Assembly (NCBI GenBank): GCA_021817415.1
Contig: JAKAUZ010000084.1
Coordinates: 17,221-81,220 of the forward strand
DNA: 64,000 nucleotides
Direction of reading: 5' to 3'
From: Thermoplasmata archaeon
GTDB taxonomy: Archaea; Thermoplasmatota; Thermoplasmata; Thermoplasmatales; GCA-001856825
Shown here: in pieces, positions 62,941 through 64,000 of the stretch
Numbering within the stretch: the stretch's first letter is position 1
Layout of the letters: the number at the start of each line of letters is the position of its first letter
Translations under genes and position numbers: made by a program
Notes under the pieces: generated by a model
What the model was told of the DNA's origin: nothing
What the model saw: only the letters and a program-made list of their open reading frames with translations
Database searches by the model: none

Positions 62941-63127
62941 GGCAATCTTAAATCTCTACCTAGGGGAGCAACACCCCTTTCCATCCCAGCGTTCAGGGTC
63001 AATCTATGATCCCGAGGTCAGGGGCTCAAGGAACCCATAAGATACATATTTTCAGACCGGATTCAGATTGAACCACAGAAATACTTATTGTAAATAAAGG
63101 AAGAGAATAAAAAAATGGAAATTTTGT

Positions 63128-63574
63128 TCACTCGTCCGGTTCTGCCCAGACGTCTGAAGATCTCCATTCCAGGTCGCGTGACACCTTCAGTTTGATCTTC
63201 ATTCCCACCTTCACCTTTTCTGGATGTTTAGTCTTCAGTCTTGTCAGGAATACTGTATCGACGCCTTCCAGTTCCACATAAACAAGCTGGAATGGCAGGT
63301 CTTTGAGGAATTTCTCTCCAGAATAGTGAAGAGTGGAAAATGTGTGTATTTTCCCCTTCCCTGAAATCTCTACCCACTTTGTTTCACCCAGGCAGTACGG
63401 GCAATCTGCTCTTGGTGGAAGGAAGGTCACTTTGCACCTTTCACACCTTGTGGTCATGAATTTGCCTTTGGACAGACTTGTGAAAAATGGGGTGGTTTTT
63501 CCGTAGGAGTGTTTGTACTCAATTTCGTAGGGAGTTTTTATTATCAGCGGGTCAATTGAAAAAATTTCTGTCAT
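63128..63574 (-). CDS. DUF35 OB-fold/Zn-ribbon protein (thiolase/HMG-CoA synthase scaffold type)
   Basis: Zn ribbon CERCKVTFLPPRADCPYC followed by an OB-fold-like C-terminus. It lies immediately downstream of a thiolase-like gene. Confidence 0.75.
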   Translation of the reverse strand: MTEIFSIDPLIIKTPYEIEYKHSYGKTTPFFTSLSKGKFMTTRCERCKVTFLPPRADCPYCLGETKWVEISGKGKIHTFSTLHYSGEKFLKDLPFQLVYVELEGVDTVFLTRLKTKHPEKVKVGMKIKLKVSRDLEWRSSDVWAEPDE

Positions 63575-63579
63575 TTATT

Positions 63580-64000
63580 TCACCTCGCCATGATTGTAGC
63601 AGTAACGTACGTACCCGTCCCTGCGTGAGAATGTATAAGACCTCTTTCCGCACCTTTCACCTGGGTCTTATCGGACCCATGGAACTTTCCAGCGACTCCC
63701 TGCAGCTGCCAGAACATTTCAACTGCCTGCATCACCCCAGTTGCTCCAACCGCATGCATTGCTCCGATCAAACCACCTGATGGATTGACCGGCAAGTCTC
63801 CGTCGATCGCAGTAACTCCTTCCTCCACAAGTTTTCCTCCTTTTCCGTATTGAGTCAGTCCTAGGTCTTCATATGTCTGTATCTCGCTGCTGGTGTAAGC
63901 ATCGTGTAGTTCTATCACGTCCAGTTGTTTGAGGGGGTTTGTAATGTTGGCCTGTTTATATGCCTGTCTTGCCGATTCTCGTCCAGCCCTGAACGAGTGG
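63580..64000 (-). CDS. thiolase-like (SCP-x/archaeal acetoacetyl-CoA thiolase-type) protein, C-terminal part; gene continues past the right edge
   Basis: Own translation shows the frame stays open from 63918 up to 64000 (...HSFRAGRESARQAYKQANITNPLKQLDVIELHDAYTSSE...). The C-terminal motif is GGLIGAMHAVGATG. The M at 63918 in the ORF track is an internal GTG. Confidence 0.8.
   Translation of the reverse strand, partial: HSFRAGRESARQAYKQANITNPLKQLDVIELHDAYTSSEIQTYEDLGLTQYGKGGKLVEEGVTAIDGDLPVNPSGGLIGAMHAVGATGVMQAVEMFWQLQGVAGKFHGSDKTQVKGAERGLIHSHAGTGTYVTATIMAR

Noticed and set aside
63580-63918. Start codon of the last ORF at 63918
   Set aside because: That M is an internal GTG. The frame remains open to 64000 and the upstream residues still look thiolase-like, so the gene is reported as a partial CDS reaching the window edge.
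1-64000. Search for CRISPR arrays, rRNA genes and long dispersed repeats
   Set aside because: I found no regularly spaced direct repeats with unique spacers, no rRNA-like sequence, and no long duplicated segments by eye. The only tandem repeat seen is the 15-bp purL duplication. A computational repeat search would be needed for completeness.

Overview
This is a gene-dense archaeal chromosomal segment. The archaeal assignment rests on MCM, PriS, Alba, eS17, an ATP-dependent DNA ligase, SepF, RtcB, ArcTGT, and a tRNA-Tyr with a C1:G72 pair and a 29-nt intron at position 37/38. The gene content (sulfocyanin-like cupredoxin, SQR+DUF1641, H+-PPase, N-glycosylated surface protein) looks Thermoplasmata-like, but I cannot verify taxonomy from this window. 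There are no rRNA genes and no CRISPR array.

The window has three parts.

(1) Positions 1-9.5 kb form an accessory island that looks more AT-rich by eye and abuts the 3' end of tRNA-Tyr. It carries two divergently transcribed candidate defence modules. On the minus strand is a stand-alone SIR2_2-family protein followed by an unrecognisable partner gene that runs off the left edge. On the plus strand is an operon I consider the most interesting object in the window: a small ORF, a Zn-ribbon DUF1156/COG1743-type DNA methyltransferase, a ParB/Srx-fold protein, an SNF2 ATPase and a DUF3883 (PD-(D/E)xK-like) protein. This combination lacks the hallmark genes of type I/III R-M, BREX and DISARM.

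(2) Positions 16.0-18.4 kb are a small decayed insertion downstream of tRNA-Gly. It holds an IS256-family transposase pseudogene and a 2-TM protein with a divergent Nudix box.

(3) The remainder is core metabolism and information processing:
- H+-PPase and the MCM-DUF424-FolP cluster
- SQR, Sua5 and CysC
- ArcTGT and PriS
- PurSLQ
- an MFS-DUF47 fusion, a ClC channel and an MFS/surface-glycoprotein operon
- a complete Mo/W uptake and cofactor locus (WtpABC-like, two MoeA, MoaC, MoaB)
- a TnpB pseudogene
- RtcB, PyrD/PyrK and DNA ligase
- thiolase, Hbd and a DUF35/thiolase pair

All functional calls come from motifs read by eye in the supplied translations. No database search was run. Several ORF-track starts are alternative codons, and I have moved some to in-frame ATGs where gene packing supports it.
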